Origin: an uncultured Methanosarcinales archaeon
GTDB lineage: Archaea; Nanobdellota; Nanobdellia; Woesearchaeales; GW2011-AR4
Direction: 5' to 3'
Assembly (NCBI GenBank): GCA_964436645.1
Contig: CAYTDO010000009.1
Location: 1 to 58,995 of the forward strand
Length of the DNA: 58,995 nucleotides
Position 1 is the stretch's first letter. Each line of letters opens with the position of its first letter. The notes beneath the pieces are model-generated. The model saw only the letters and a list, made by a program, of their open reading frames with translations, was not told where the DNA came from and made no database searches. Positions 9,565-18,157 of the stretch are shown one piece after another. Made by a program: the position numbers and the translations under genes.

Positions 9565-9822
9565 TCACGCTTTGCTCGCTTTTGATGTGCTGGCTTTATT
9601 CTTCCCAAGAATCACTATCTGGAATCTCTTTCCTTTCTTTGCCTTGCTTAGGTTATATTGCCCGGATTTAAGCCCGTTGGATAAAGCCCACGAATCTGCA
9701 GCTTCTTTGGTGCTGAAAGTCTTTGGCCGGTTTTTCGTGATTCCTGGATGGAAATAGGAATAATGCCTTGCCCTTCTGCTCAATCCCAGCTTTCTTTTTC
9801 TATTGCCATGTATTTTAACCAT
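9565..9822 (-). CDS. hypothetical small basic protein
   Basis: 85 aa, Lys/Arg-rich, with no motif recognised. The ORF is clean, with only short shadow ORFs opposite. Confidence 0.5.
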   Translation of the reverse strand: MVKIHGNRKRKLGLSRRARHYSYFHPGITKNRPKTFSTKEAADSWALSNGLKSGQYNLSKAKKGKRFQIVILGKNKASTSKASKA

Positions 9823-10125
9823 TTTAAACCCCCTGCGCTTAACTGTATGAATAATATTTTAGTAAAATGAGTTCTAATTGGTTTTAGTTCTATCTCTAAT
9901 CATCAAAAACCATGAGGACATTAATATTCATCATCATTGCTGTCTTCATCTTCATCTCCATAATAGCGCATGCATTTCACCTCCTTTCTTCCCTAATATA
10001 TGCTTATAAGTATTGAACTTTTTAGCTCTTCGCTTAAGGAGAAAGATACAGCTTCGTTGCAATATTTTTCTTAAAAATTTTAACGCTAAAAATAATTCTT
10101 AACTTTCATAGTATATATTTAACTC

Positions 10126-10344
10126 TTATATAAATTTATCTGAAACCTTGCCCTCCAAAAACTTCTCCTCGCATTTGTCCATGCAGATCTTCAAAGAATC
10201 AAAGTTATCTTCCGCAACTGAGGCGCATACAGAAACGCATTTTTCATAATTTTTCTGTTTTTCCGCTTCCTGGCTTATTTTGTAAGCAGAAAAAATAATT
10301 GCCACAATAATAGTCAAAAAAATAAGTTTACTCAATATCTTCAT
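10126..10344 (-). CDS. hypothetical small membrane-anchored Cys-containing protein
   Basis: 72 aa with one N-terminal TM helix and four Cys (CVSVC, CMDKC). It overlaps the upstream gene end by 17 nt. Confidence 0.5.
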   Translation of the reverse strand: MKILSKLIFLTIIVAIIFSAYKISQEAEKQKNYEKCVSVCASVAEDNFDSLKICMDKCEEKFLEGKVSDKFI

Positions 10345-11182
10345 ATTGATTTACTCCAGTCCATTTTTTTTTTGCTAATTCATACCTTTCCGGGCTTCCG
10401 ATGTCAAACCATTGCCCTCCTGTAAGAAATCCCCTTAATCTTCCTTCTTTAGCCAGCTTCGGGAAAACATCCTTTTCCAGCATTGAAAATCCATCAGGAA
10501 TCATGTCTATGATTTCCGGTTCAAGTATATAGAATCCCGCATTTATCAGATTGGAAGGAGCCTCTTCTTTTTTTGGCTTTTCGATAAATTCCAATATCCT
10601 TGTTCCGCTCATTCTTGCAACCCCATATTGCGAGGGGTCTGTGACTGTGGTCAATGCAAGCGTCGCCAATGCGTTTTTTCTTTTATGTAGCCTGAACATT
10701 CTTGGTATATTTACAGTTTTAAGCTCGTCTCCGTTAGTTACAATGAAACTATCTTTAAGCTCATTTTTTGCAAGCTTCAAAGGGCCGGCAGTGCCAAGTG
10801 GCTCATCTTCTTCGATATAGGTTATTTCAACCCCAAACTTGCTTCCATCTCCATAGTATTCCTTTACTTTTTCCTTCATGTAGCCTGTGCTAAGGATGAT
10901 TTGCCGTATCCCATACTTCTTGAAAAGGTCAAACAAGTGCTCTGTTATAGTCCTTCCATGGATGTCCATCATGCACTTGGGCTTATTCAATGTAAATGGC
11001 CTTAATCTGGTTCCTTTGCCCCCTACAAGAACTATGGCTTTTTGAGGTATGTTCGATCCAAGGGATTTTGTAAGCAAGTTCTCTATCTGCTGGCTCCTGT
11101 TTTTTATTATGGTGCCATCCACTCTTTTGTCTATTTGGCCTATAAGCTCTTTATCCAGCGTTATAGTTACCCTTTCTTTCAT
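10328..11182 (-). CDS. sugar-phosphate nucleotidyltransferase with N-terminal ribbon-helix-helix-like domain
   Basis: 284 aa. Residues 1-45 (VTITLDKELIGQIDKRV...NRSQQIENLL) look CopG/RHH-like, followed by the NTP-transferase signature LVGGKGTRLRPFT. Confidence 0.75.
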   Translation of the reverse strand: MKERVTITLDKELIGQIDKRVDGTIIKNRSQQIENLLTKSLGSNIPQKAIVLVGGKGTRLRPFTLNKPKCMMDIHGRTITEHLFDLFKKYGIRQIILSTGYMKEKVKEYYGDGSKFGVEITYIEEDEPLGTAGPLKLAKNELKDSFIVTNGDELKTVNIPRMFRLHKRKNALATLALTTVTDPSQYGVARMSGTRILEFIEKPKKEEAPSNLINAGFYILEPEIIDMIPDGFSMLEKDVFPKLAKEGRLRGFLTGGQWFDIGSPERYELAKKKWTGVNQYEDIE

Positions 11183-11359
11183 AAGAAAACCTCATTCCTA
11201 TTTCCTTGCGTTCAATATTGACTAACTTTACTAAATCCTCCCCTTAACATGAACTATTTAAACTCCCTGATTTATAAACCTTTCTATTTTTGTATGATAA
11301 GGTATGATAACAGAAAAGTTTATAAAGAACCCAAAACTTTTCCATTTTAGGGTGGCAAT

Positions 11360-12322
11360 TTGGATAGGAATCTGGCTCTTGAATTTGTAAGGATAACAGA
11401 AGCTGCTGCTATATCTTGCGCAAGATGGATGGGGAAAGGCGACAAAATAAAAGCAGACAAGGCAGCAGTCGACGCAATGAGAAAGCGCTTTAATTATGTT
11501 GATTTCAGGGGAAAAGTTGTAATAGGCGAAGGAGAAAAAGACGAAGCGCCAATGCTTTACATTGGAGAAGAGCTGGGGACAGGAGAAGGCCCTGAAATGG
11601 ATATTGCAGTTGATCCGTTAGAATGCACGGACAACCTTGCAAAAGGCAAGCCAAATGCCATTTCCGTTCTTGCGGCAGGGCCAAAAGGCTCTTTGCTTAA
11701 TGCGCCTGGAAGCTATATGGACCAGCTGGCAGTAGGCCCAGCTGCAAAAGGTGTAATTGACATCAAGGCTCCAATAAAAGACAACCTGAAAAATATTGCA
11801 AAGGCGCTTAAAAAAGACATTAACGAGATTACTGTTATAATCCTTGAGAGGGAAAGGCATAATGAAATGATTAAGCAAATAAAGGAAGCGGGTGCGAGGA
11901 TAAGGCTGATAGAGCATGGTACAGTTTCAGCAGGAATTGCTCCAGCAATGCATAACTCCGGAATAGATGTAATGATGGGCATCGGCGGAGCTCCTGAAGG
12001 CGTAATAACCGCAGTAGCGTTGAAGTGCATGGGCGGCGAAATACAGGGAGTTTTAAAGCCCCACACAGAAGAATTTAAGCAGCAGGCAATTGAGCGTGGC
12101 TTGGGATTAAATAAAGTGTACAAAACAGACGATCTTGCAAAGGGAGACCATCTGGTTTTTGCAGCAACAGGCGTAAGCGACGGCCCTTTGCTGAAAGGAG
12201 TTGTTTTTACACAATACGGCCAGCTTACCCATTCGCTTGTTATGCGCTCAAAATCAGGCACAATAAGGTACATTGAGACACATCATCATGAAAGTATGCC
12301 CTCAAAGGGCTATAAGAGATGA
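11360..12322 (+). CDS. glpX: fructose-1,6-bisphosphatase class II
   Basis: 320 aa from a TTG start. N-terminus NLALEFVRITEAAAISCARWMGKGDK and GEGEKDEAPML are typical of GlpX. Confidence 0.85.
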   Translation: MDRNLALEFVRITEAAAISCARWMGKGDKIKADKAAVDAMRKRFNYVDFRGKVVIGEGEKDEAPMLYIGEELGTGEGPEMDIAVDPLECTDNLAKGKPNAISVLAAGPKGSLLNAPGSYMDQLAVGPAAKGVIDIKAPIKDNLKNIAKALKKDINEITVIILERERHNEMIKQIKEAGARIRLIEHGTVSAGIAPAMHNSGIDVMMGIGGAPEGVITAVALKCMGGEIQGVLKPHTEEFKQQAIERGLGLNKVYKTDDLAKGDHLVFAATGVSDGPLLKGVVFTQYGQLTHSLVMRSKSGTIRYIETHHHESMPSKGYKR

Positions 12323-12383
12323 GCATTATAACTAAAAAAATAAATAAAAAATCTCAACGCAAATAATCAATGGGGCGATACCA

Positions 12384-13394
12384 ATGGATAGCGAGCTTAA
12401 GCAAACGATAAAAGAGATGGTTGTTGCTGGAAAGGGAATTCTTGCTGCTGACGAGTCCGTAAAAACCGCTGCAAAAAGATTGGCAAGCATCAATGTTGAG
12501 TCGACAGAGGAAACAAGAAGGCAGTACCGCAATGTCATGCTTACTGCGCCTCAAATTGAAAAATACCTTTGCGGCGTTATTTTTTTTGAAGAGACGCTGC
12601 ACCAAAAATCAGATGATGGCATGTTATTCCCAAAATTATTGGCAAAGAAAGGAATTGTCCCGGGCATTAAGGTTGATGGGGGCCTTGCAGATATTGATAA
12701 CGGCGAGCAATATACTAAAGGCTTGGATGGATTGGGAAACAAGCTGGAAGAATACAAAAAATCCGGCTGCAGGTTTGCAAAGTGGCGCGCAGTTTACATT
12801 ATATCTGAAAATACTCCTACAGAGCCGATTATAAAAAGAAATGCAGAAGACCTTGCGAAGTATGCAAAAATATGCCATGAGCACGGCATAGTTCCAATAG
12901 TTGAGCCTGAAGTCTTGATAGACGGAACCCATACAATAGATGTATCATCTAAGGTTACAGAAAAAGTCCAGAAAGCTGTTTTTGGCGCATTAAGAAAAGA
13001 AAATGTCGCTATAGAGTATACAATTCTGAAGCCCAGCATGGTTATATCGGGAAAAGAAGCTCAAAATAGGGCAGGAGTTGATGAGGTTGCAAGGCAGACA
13101 GTTAAGTGCCTTAAAGCTGCAGTACCATCTGAGTTGCCAAGCATTAATTTCCTTTCAGGCGGCCAGACACCGCAGGAAGCAACAGCCCATTTGAATGCAA
13201 TGCACACCTTGGGAGAGGAGCTGCCATGGTATGTCAGCTTTTCTTATGCAAGGGCGCTGCAAGAGCCGGCCTTAAAGGCATGGCAAGGCAAGAAAGAAAA
13301 TGTTCCTGCAGCGCAGAAAGCGTTTTTAAAAAGAGCCATGTTGAACAGCCTGGCAACAATGGGAAAATATTCCGGGGATATGGAGAAGGGCTAG
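12384..13394 (+). CDS. fba: fructose-bisphosphate aldolase, class I (eukaryote/bacterial 'Glycolytic' type)
   Basis: 336 aa with GKGILAADES and the Schiff-base lysine context ILKPSMV. Confidence 0.85.
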   Translation: MDSELKQTIKEMVVAGKGILAADESVKTAAKRLASINVESTEETRRQYRNVMLTAPQIEKYLCGVIFFEETLHQKSDDGMLFPKLLAKKGIVPGIKVDGGLADIDNGEQYTKGLDGLGNKLEEYKKSGCRFAKWRAVYIISENTPTEPIIKRNAEDLAKYAKICHEHGIVPIVEPEVLIDGTHTIDVSSKVTEKVQKAVFGALRKENVAIEYTILKPSMVISGKEAQNRAGVDEVARQTVKCLKAAVPSELPSINFLSGGQTPQEATAHLNAMHTLGEELPWYVSFSYARALQEPALKAWQGKKENVPAAQKAFLKRAMLNSLATMGKYSGDMEKG

Positions 13395-13405
13395 GATTAA
13401 TACAA

Positions 13406-14416
13406 ATGATAAAAGTCGGATTGATTGGCTTTGGAACAATAGGAAAAAGGGTAGCTGATGCTGTAGCTTTGCAGAAAGACATGGAGCTTGTAGGGGTTAC
13501 TGCGCATTCTTACAATTACAAGACTGAAATTGCAAAAAGAAAAGGCTTCAGGATATTTACAATGGATGGAATATCCGATTTTGAAAAAAACGGGATTGCA
13601 ATTGCAGGAAACGTGGAGAATTTATTGGATGAAGCAGACATCATCGTTGACTGCACCCCCAAAAAAGTAGGCAAGGAAAACAAAGATAAATATTACCTGC
13701 CAAGAAAGTTAAAGGCAATCTTCCAGGGCGGAGAAAAGCCATCAACAGCTGATGCCAGCTTTGTCGCTCAATGCAACTATAGCGAAGGATTAAATAAAAA
13801 TTATATAAGAGTTGTAAGCTGCAACACAACCGGGTTATGCAGGACTTTATTCCCAATAAACCAAAAATATGGCATCGAAAGCGTCCATGCAACAATGGTA
13901 AGGAGGGCTGCAGACCCATGGGATATAAGGCACGGGCCCATTAACTCAATAGTCCCTGTTTTGGAGCTGCCTTCTCATCACGGCCCGGATGCCCAGACAG
14001 TCCTTCATGGAATGAACATATTTACAACAGCAATGTCCGTTCCAACAACTCTGATGCACATGCACAGCCTCATAGTAGATTTAAAAAAACATGCAAGTGT
14101 GGAAGATATCCTAAACTTATTCCGGGAAACAACTAGAGTAAGAGTAGTAAGAAATGCAGAACAAGTAAGATCCACAGCAGAAGTAATGGAACTTGCAAAA
14201 GACTTGGGCACGATGAGGGGAGACATGCCGGAAATCTGCGTCTGGGAGGAAGGCATCGGCATAAGCGGCAAAAAGCTGTTCTATCTGCAGGCCATCCACC
14301 AGGAGTCTGATGTTGTTCCTGAAAATGTTGATGCAGTAAGGGCCGCAACCGGATTTAAGGATGCAGAGAAAAGCATACAGATGACCAACGAATCCATGGG
14401 CATCGGGAAGTTTTGA
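13406..14416 (+). CDS. gap: glyceraldehyde-3-phosphate dehydrogenase, archaeal type II
   Basis: The in-frame ATG at 13406 gives MIKVGLIGFGTIGKRVA (Rossmann N-terminus). Catalytic SCNTTGL is present. The listed start at 13226 would overlap fba by 169 nt. Confidence 0.85.
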   Translation: MIKVGLIGFGTIGKRVADAVALQKDMELVGVTAHSYNYKTEIAKRKGFRIFTMDGISDFEKNGIAIAGNVENLLDEADIIVDCTPKKVGKENKDKYYLPRKLKAIFQGGEKPSTADASFVAQCNYSEGLNKNYIRVVSCNTTGLCRTLFPINQKYGIESVHATMVRRAADPWDIRHGPINSIVPVLELPSHHGPDAQTVLHGMNIFTTAMSVPTTLMHMHSLIVDLKKHASVEDILNLFRETTRVRVVRNAEQVRSTAEVMELAKDLGTMRGDMPEICVWEEGIGISGKKLFYLQAIHQESDVVPENVDAVRAATGFKDAEKSIQMTNESMGIGKF

Positions 14417-14508
14417 TTATTAAATTTTAGAAATTTTTAATGATAAGAATTTTTACAAGATAATGTAATAAAAACTGAATAAATAAAAATAAACTTAGGT
14501 GATAACTG

Positions 14509-15609
14509 ATGAAAATTGGCGTTGTAAAGGAAATAAAAGACAAAGAGAATAGGGTAGCCCTTACTCCGGAAGGTGCAGGAAAACTAGTTGCATATGGACA
14601 TGCAGTTTTAGTGGAAAATAATGCAGGCGTTAATTCAGGATTCTCAAATGAGGAATACCAAAAAGCAGGAGCTCAAATTGTTGATGTAAATGCAGCATGG
14701 TCTGCAGATTTGGTTGTCAAGGTAAAAGAGCCAATGGAAAAAGAATATCCTCATCTAAAAAAGCAGATGGTCTTTACATATTTCCATCTTGCAGGCGTCG
14801 CAAAAAATTTGACAGACGCTTTATTGAAAAACGGGACATCGGCAATAGCTTACGAGACTGTTGAAGATGCATATGGCAGGCTCCCATTGCTGGCTCCAAT
14901 GTCCGCTGTTGCAGGCAACATGGCCGTGCAGATTGGCGCTTATTATCTTGCGAAATTCAATAATGGAAAAGGCATGATGCTGGGAGAAGTTCTTGGCCAT
15001 TTTTATGGCAAAGTTGTCATTATTGGTGATGGTGTTGTTGGCCGTCATGCAGCAAAGACAGCATATGGTATGGGATCCAATGTATTTTTATTTGGCAGGC
15101 ACGAAGAAAGAATGGATCATTTAAGGGAATTAATAGGAAGAAAAGCGCACGTTCTTCTTTCAACTCCGCAAAATATAGCAGAGAACGTAAAAGATGCTGA
15201 TCTTGTTGTTGGAGGAGTGCTTCTTGCAGGCGCAAAAGCTCCTTTTGTTGTGACTGAAGAGATGGTCAAGACAATGCAGCCAGGCTCGGTAATAGTTGAT
15301 GTAAGCATTGACCAGGGCGGCTGCATAGAAACTTCAAGGCCAACAAGCCACTCAAATCCCGTTTTTGTAAAGCATGGAGTTACACATTATTGCGTTACCA
15401 ACATGCCCGGAGCTTACCCAAGAACTTCCACAATAGCATTGACAAATGCAACTCTTCCTTACATTTTAAAATTAGCAGAAAAAGGAATAAATGCATTGAA
15501 GGAAGACAAGGGATTTGCAAAGGGGATTAATACTTATGAGGGGTTTATTGCATATAAGCCGGTTGCGGAAGCTTTGGGATTGATGGATAAGTTTAAGAAT
15601 TTCCAATAG
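14509..15609 (+). CDS. ald: alanine dehydrogenase
   Basis: 366 aa with MKIGVVKEIKDKENRVALTPEG and NAD loop VIIGDGVVG. An AGGTGA Shine-Dalgarno-like motif lies upstream. Confidence 0.85.
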   Translation: MKIGVVKEIKDKENRVALTPEGAGKLVAYGHAVLVENNAGVNSGFSNEEYQKAGAQIVDVNAAWSADLVVKVKEPMEKEYPHLKKQMVFTYFHLAGVAKNLTDALLKNGTSAIAYETVEDAYGRLPLLAPMSAVAGNMAVQIGAYYLAKFNNGKGMMLGEVLGHFYGKVVIIGDGVVGRHAAKTAYGMGSNVFLFGRHEERMDHLRELIGRKAHVLLSTPQNIAENVKDADLVVGGVLLAGAKAPFVVTEEMVKTMQPGSVIVDVSIDQGGCIETSRPTSHSNPVFVKHGVTHYCVTNMPGAYPRTSTIALTNATLPYILKLAEKGINALKEDKGFAKGINTYEGFIAYKPVAEALGLMDKFKNFQ

Positions 15610-15650
15610 AAAATTAAAGAATAATCATTACAAAAAAAGATAAGATGGAA

Positions 15651-16262
15651 TCACTTAGCCTTTCCAAATAGCTCATTTACTTGGTTCCAATCAACAACAG
15701 CCCACCCTTCTTTGATGTAGTCTGCCCTCCTCTGATTGTAGCGCAAATAGTACGCATGCTCCCACACATCAACGCCTAATATAGGCGTCTTTCCTTCCAT
15801 TAAAGGAGAATCTTGATTTGCAGTGCTGTAAATAGCTAATTTTCCATTATCAACAACAAGCCATGCCCAGCCGCTTCCAAATCTATTAAGTCCGGCATTT
15901 GTAAATTCTTCCTTAAACTTCTCAAAACTGCCGAAGGTTTTCTTAATCTCATCTCCAATCTTTCCTTCCGGCTCTCCGCCTCCGTCAGGGCTCATTATTG
16001 TCCAGAAAAAAGAATGATTAGAATGTCCGCCGCCATGATTCCTTACTGCAGTCCTTATATTCTCTGGAACCTCATTTATTTTTTTCAAAACTTCATTGAT
16101 ATCCATATCCTCAAATTTAGTCCCTTTAATCGCAGCGTTTAATTTATCAATATAAGCCTGGTGATGCTTTGTATGGTGTATAGTCATAGTCAGCTCATCA
16201 ATATGCGGCTCAAGCGCATTGTAAGCATATGGCAATTTAGGTAATGTGTGCATTAAGACCAC
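15651..16262 (-). CDS. sod: Fe/Mn superoxide dismutase
   Basis: 203 aa with [18 protein letters not shown] and DVWEHAYY metal-ligand motifs. The true start may be the Met three codons downstream. Confidence 0.9.
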   Translation of the reverse strand: MVLMHTLPKLPYAYNALEPHIDELTMTIHHTKHHQAYIDKLNAAIKGTKFEDMDINEVLKKINEVPENIRTAVRNHGGGHSNHSFFWTIMSPDGGGEPEGKIGDEIKKTFGSFEKFKEEFTNAGLNRFGSGWAWLVVDNGKLAIYSTANQDSPLMEGKTPILGVDVWEHAYYLRYNQRRADYIKEGWAVVDWNQVNELFGKAK

Positions 16263-16593
16263 CTCATGGTTAACTATTGTTAATTGATAATCTCTTATAA
16301 TTTAAATAAGTTTCTATAAAAATAAAGAGAACTTTGAATAATTCACTTTTTTGTTAGTTTTTGATGGAGATTATATATAAATAAATGACATACTCCCAAA
16401 ATAAATCCGACTAAATTCTGGGGTTTCAACGAACTATGACTAAAACAGATTTAAAAGGGCAGTTAAAGGTAGGTGGTTTCAGTTGAGACATTTTTCTGTT
16501 AAAAAGACGGTTAAAAGAATATACTTTATTCAAAGAATACAAGGTGACCATATAATCACTTTGTTAAACATAATAATAACTTTTTTATTTATA

Positions 16594-16842
16594 TCAAATA
16601 CGATTATTTTTTTGTATCTTGTTATAGTAATAAGCCCTATCACATAGAAACCAACCATAGAAGAATGTTAAGACGAAGATGAAGGAAAAAGTTAAAATGT
16701 TTTTTAAGGAAAATTCGCTAAAATATGAGTATAGAAACGTTCCTATAAAGCTGATTAGAAGGAGAAGCCAAGCAATTAATAATAATTTATGGAATAGAGA
16801 ACTATTCCAGTATCTTTTTAAGTCATTGAAATTGTAATTCAT
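16594..16842 (-). CDS. hypothetical membrane protein
   Basis: 82 aa with two predicted TM helices and no recognised motif. Confidence 0.45.
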   Translation of the reverse strand: MNYNFNDLKRYWNSSLFHKLLLIAWLLLLISFIGTFLYSYFSEFSLKNILTFSFIFVLTFFYGWFLCDRAYYYNKIQKNNRI

Positions 16843-17058
16843 ATATCTTCACAAATATATGAAAGGGGGAAGATATTATTTAAATCTTCCTCCTAATTTA
16901 AAACTAAAAGAGGACGACGGGCTTCCTCCCACAACTAAAGTTGTGGGTATCCACCCTACGATTTTATGAAAAATACTACTAAATAATATTTTTGCAAAGT
17001 TCTCTAAACAATATAACAATCAAAAACAAGGATAAAATTAAATCAATAAAAATCCAGT

Positions 17059-18069
17059 TTAATCTTGATATGTATCCAACTGGGCTCTTGCATTAACTAT
17101 ATACTGGTAGCTTAGGTGCACTATTGTTTTGACTGCATTTGCGCCTTCCTCAGGCTGCAAACCCTCAGTCATGACACAATAGAAAAATCTGCCTTTATCG
17201 ATGTATATAATTCCGCAATCATGGAAATAAGGTATGCCTTCGGTATAAGCTGCGAATTTGTGCGATACTCTGACATCATCAGGAAGTTGGGCTGTTTTTT
17301 TGATGTCAAACGAAGTATCAGTTAACTGGGAGAGTATATACTCTGAATTTTCTGGCTTGAGTAATGTTGAAAGGTAAAGGCTGGAAAAAACACCGTACAT
17401 GGATTTTGGGCTGACATATTGGGAGTTGTCATCATTTTGCAGGTTTGGCAAGGTCATATCCAGGCTGTGGTAATCCAGATAGCCCAGGAGAAATTTCATG
17501 TCATTTTCATCCACATTTCTGAGCAGCATGCGAAAAGCAGTATTATCTGATTCTTTGAGCATTTTTTCCAGAAGGAATCTTACCGGCAGTTCCTTCTCTT
17601 TGGTCGGGTATAAGCTTCCAAATATGCTGTCCCTGTCAGAGTCTTTAACATCAATCATTGTGTCAAAGCTTAGCTCTCCTCTCTCAATTTTCTTCATTAT
17701 AAGGATTGCAGTTGGAACTTTGTTTAGGCTTGCAGGAACAAAGCCTCTCTTTCCATCTATCTCCATGGATGCCCCATCTCGAAGGTTTACCAAATAAAAA
17801 GATATATTTCCATTTTTTGTTGCTATATATTCATTCAATTTCTCTCTCAGCGGGTCAAAATTTACTATCAGGAGGCTTTTAGGCTCGAGGATATCCCTAT
17901 AGACCCTCATGGATAATAAGCCTGTGCTGTTCACTTCAGAAACAGGCGGAATTTCGATGTTGTTTTTTGCAGGATGATGGAAGAAAATAAAAGCCAGAAG
18001 AGCAAATATAACAGCAAGCTCAATTCCAGCTATCCACTTGATTTTTATGTTCACAAGCGACAAAATCAA
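17059..18069 (-). CDS. membrane-anchored serine hydrolase, class A beta-lactamase/PBP-like
   Basis: 336 aa with an N-terminal TM helix, SxxK motif (ASLNK) and SDN motif (ESDNTAF). A third KTG-type motif was not clearly seen. Confidence 0.55.
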   Translation of the reverse strand: MILSLVNIKIKWIAGIELAVIFALLAFIFFHHPAKNNIEIPPVSEVNSTGLLSMRVYRDILEPKSLLIVNFDPLREKLNEYIATKNGNISFYLVNLRDGASMEIDGKRGFVPASLNKVPTAILIMKKIERGELSFDTMIDVKDSDRDSIFGSLYPTKEKELPVRFLLEKMLKESDNTAFRMLLRNVDENDMKFLLGYLDYHSLDMTLPNLQNDDNSQYVSPKSMYGVFSSLYLSTLLKPENSEYILSQLTDTSFDIKKTAQLPDDVRVSHKFAAYTEGIPYFHDCGIIYIDKGRFFYCVMTEGLQPEEGANAVKTIVHLSYQYIVNARAQLDTYQD

Positions 18070-18157
18070 TTATGATTATTTAAGTTTTGCCTTGTTTAAT
18101 GGCAGTTGCTATTTAGATACAATAAACTTTTATACTAAATCCTACAAAGATTATAAA

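Noticed and set aside
9912-10016. 34-codon hydrophobic mini-ORF (MRTLIFIIIAVFIFISIIAHAF...) in the 300 bp spacer.
   Set aside because: It is too short and compositionally trivial (a T-rich frame in AT-rich DNA), with no SD-like motif noted. It cannot be supported without conservation data.
11713-12273. Long antisense ORFs inside well-supported genes, for example 11713..12273 (-), 26155..26613 (+), 34739..35146 (-), 39005..39394 (+) and 3345..3674 (+).
   Set aside because: They are shadow frames opposite genes with clear family motifs. Their translations are low-complexity (Ser/Pro/Ile/Phe-rich) with no motifs.
13226-13405. The listed upstream start (13226) for the GAPDH ORF.
   Set aside because: It would overlap the aldolase gene by 169 nt and add a Cys/Arg-rich non-homologous leader. 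The ATG at 13406 gives the canonical Rossmann N-terminus MIKVGLIGFG.
16905-16960. Two adjacent hairpins (GAGGA-N9-TCCTC and CCCACAAC-TAAA-GTTGTGGG) in the spacer upstream of the 82 aa membrane protein gene (16594-16842) and downstream of the serine hydrolase gene (17059-18069).
   Set aside because: They are short, single-copy in this window and have no box C/D or other recognisable motifs. They could be a terminator-like or sRNA element, but the evidence is too thin to call.
18038-18157. The listed upstream start (18038) for the HerA-like ATPase.
   Set aside because: It would overlap the divergent hydrolase gene and add 40 non-homologous residues. The ATG at 18158 starts with MYDIVIGR, typical of the family N-terminus.
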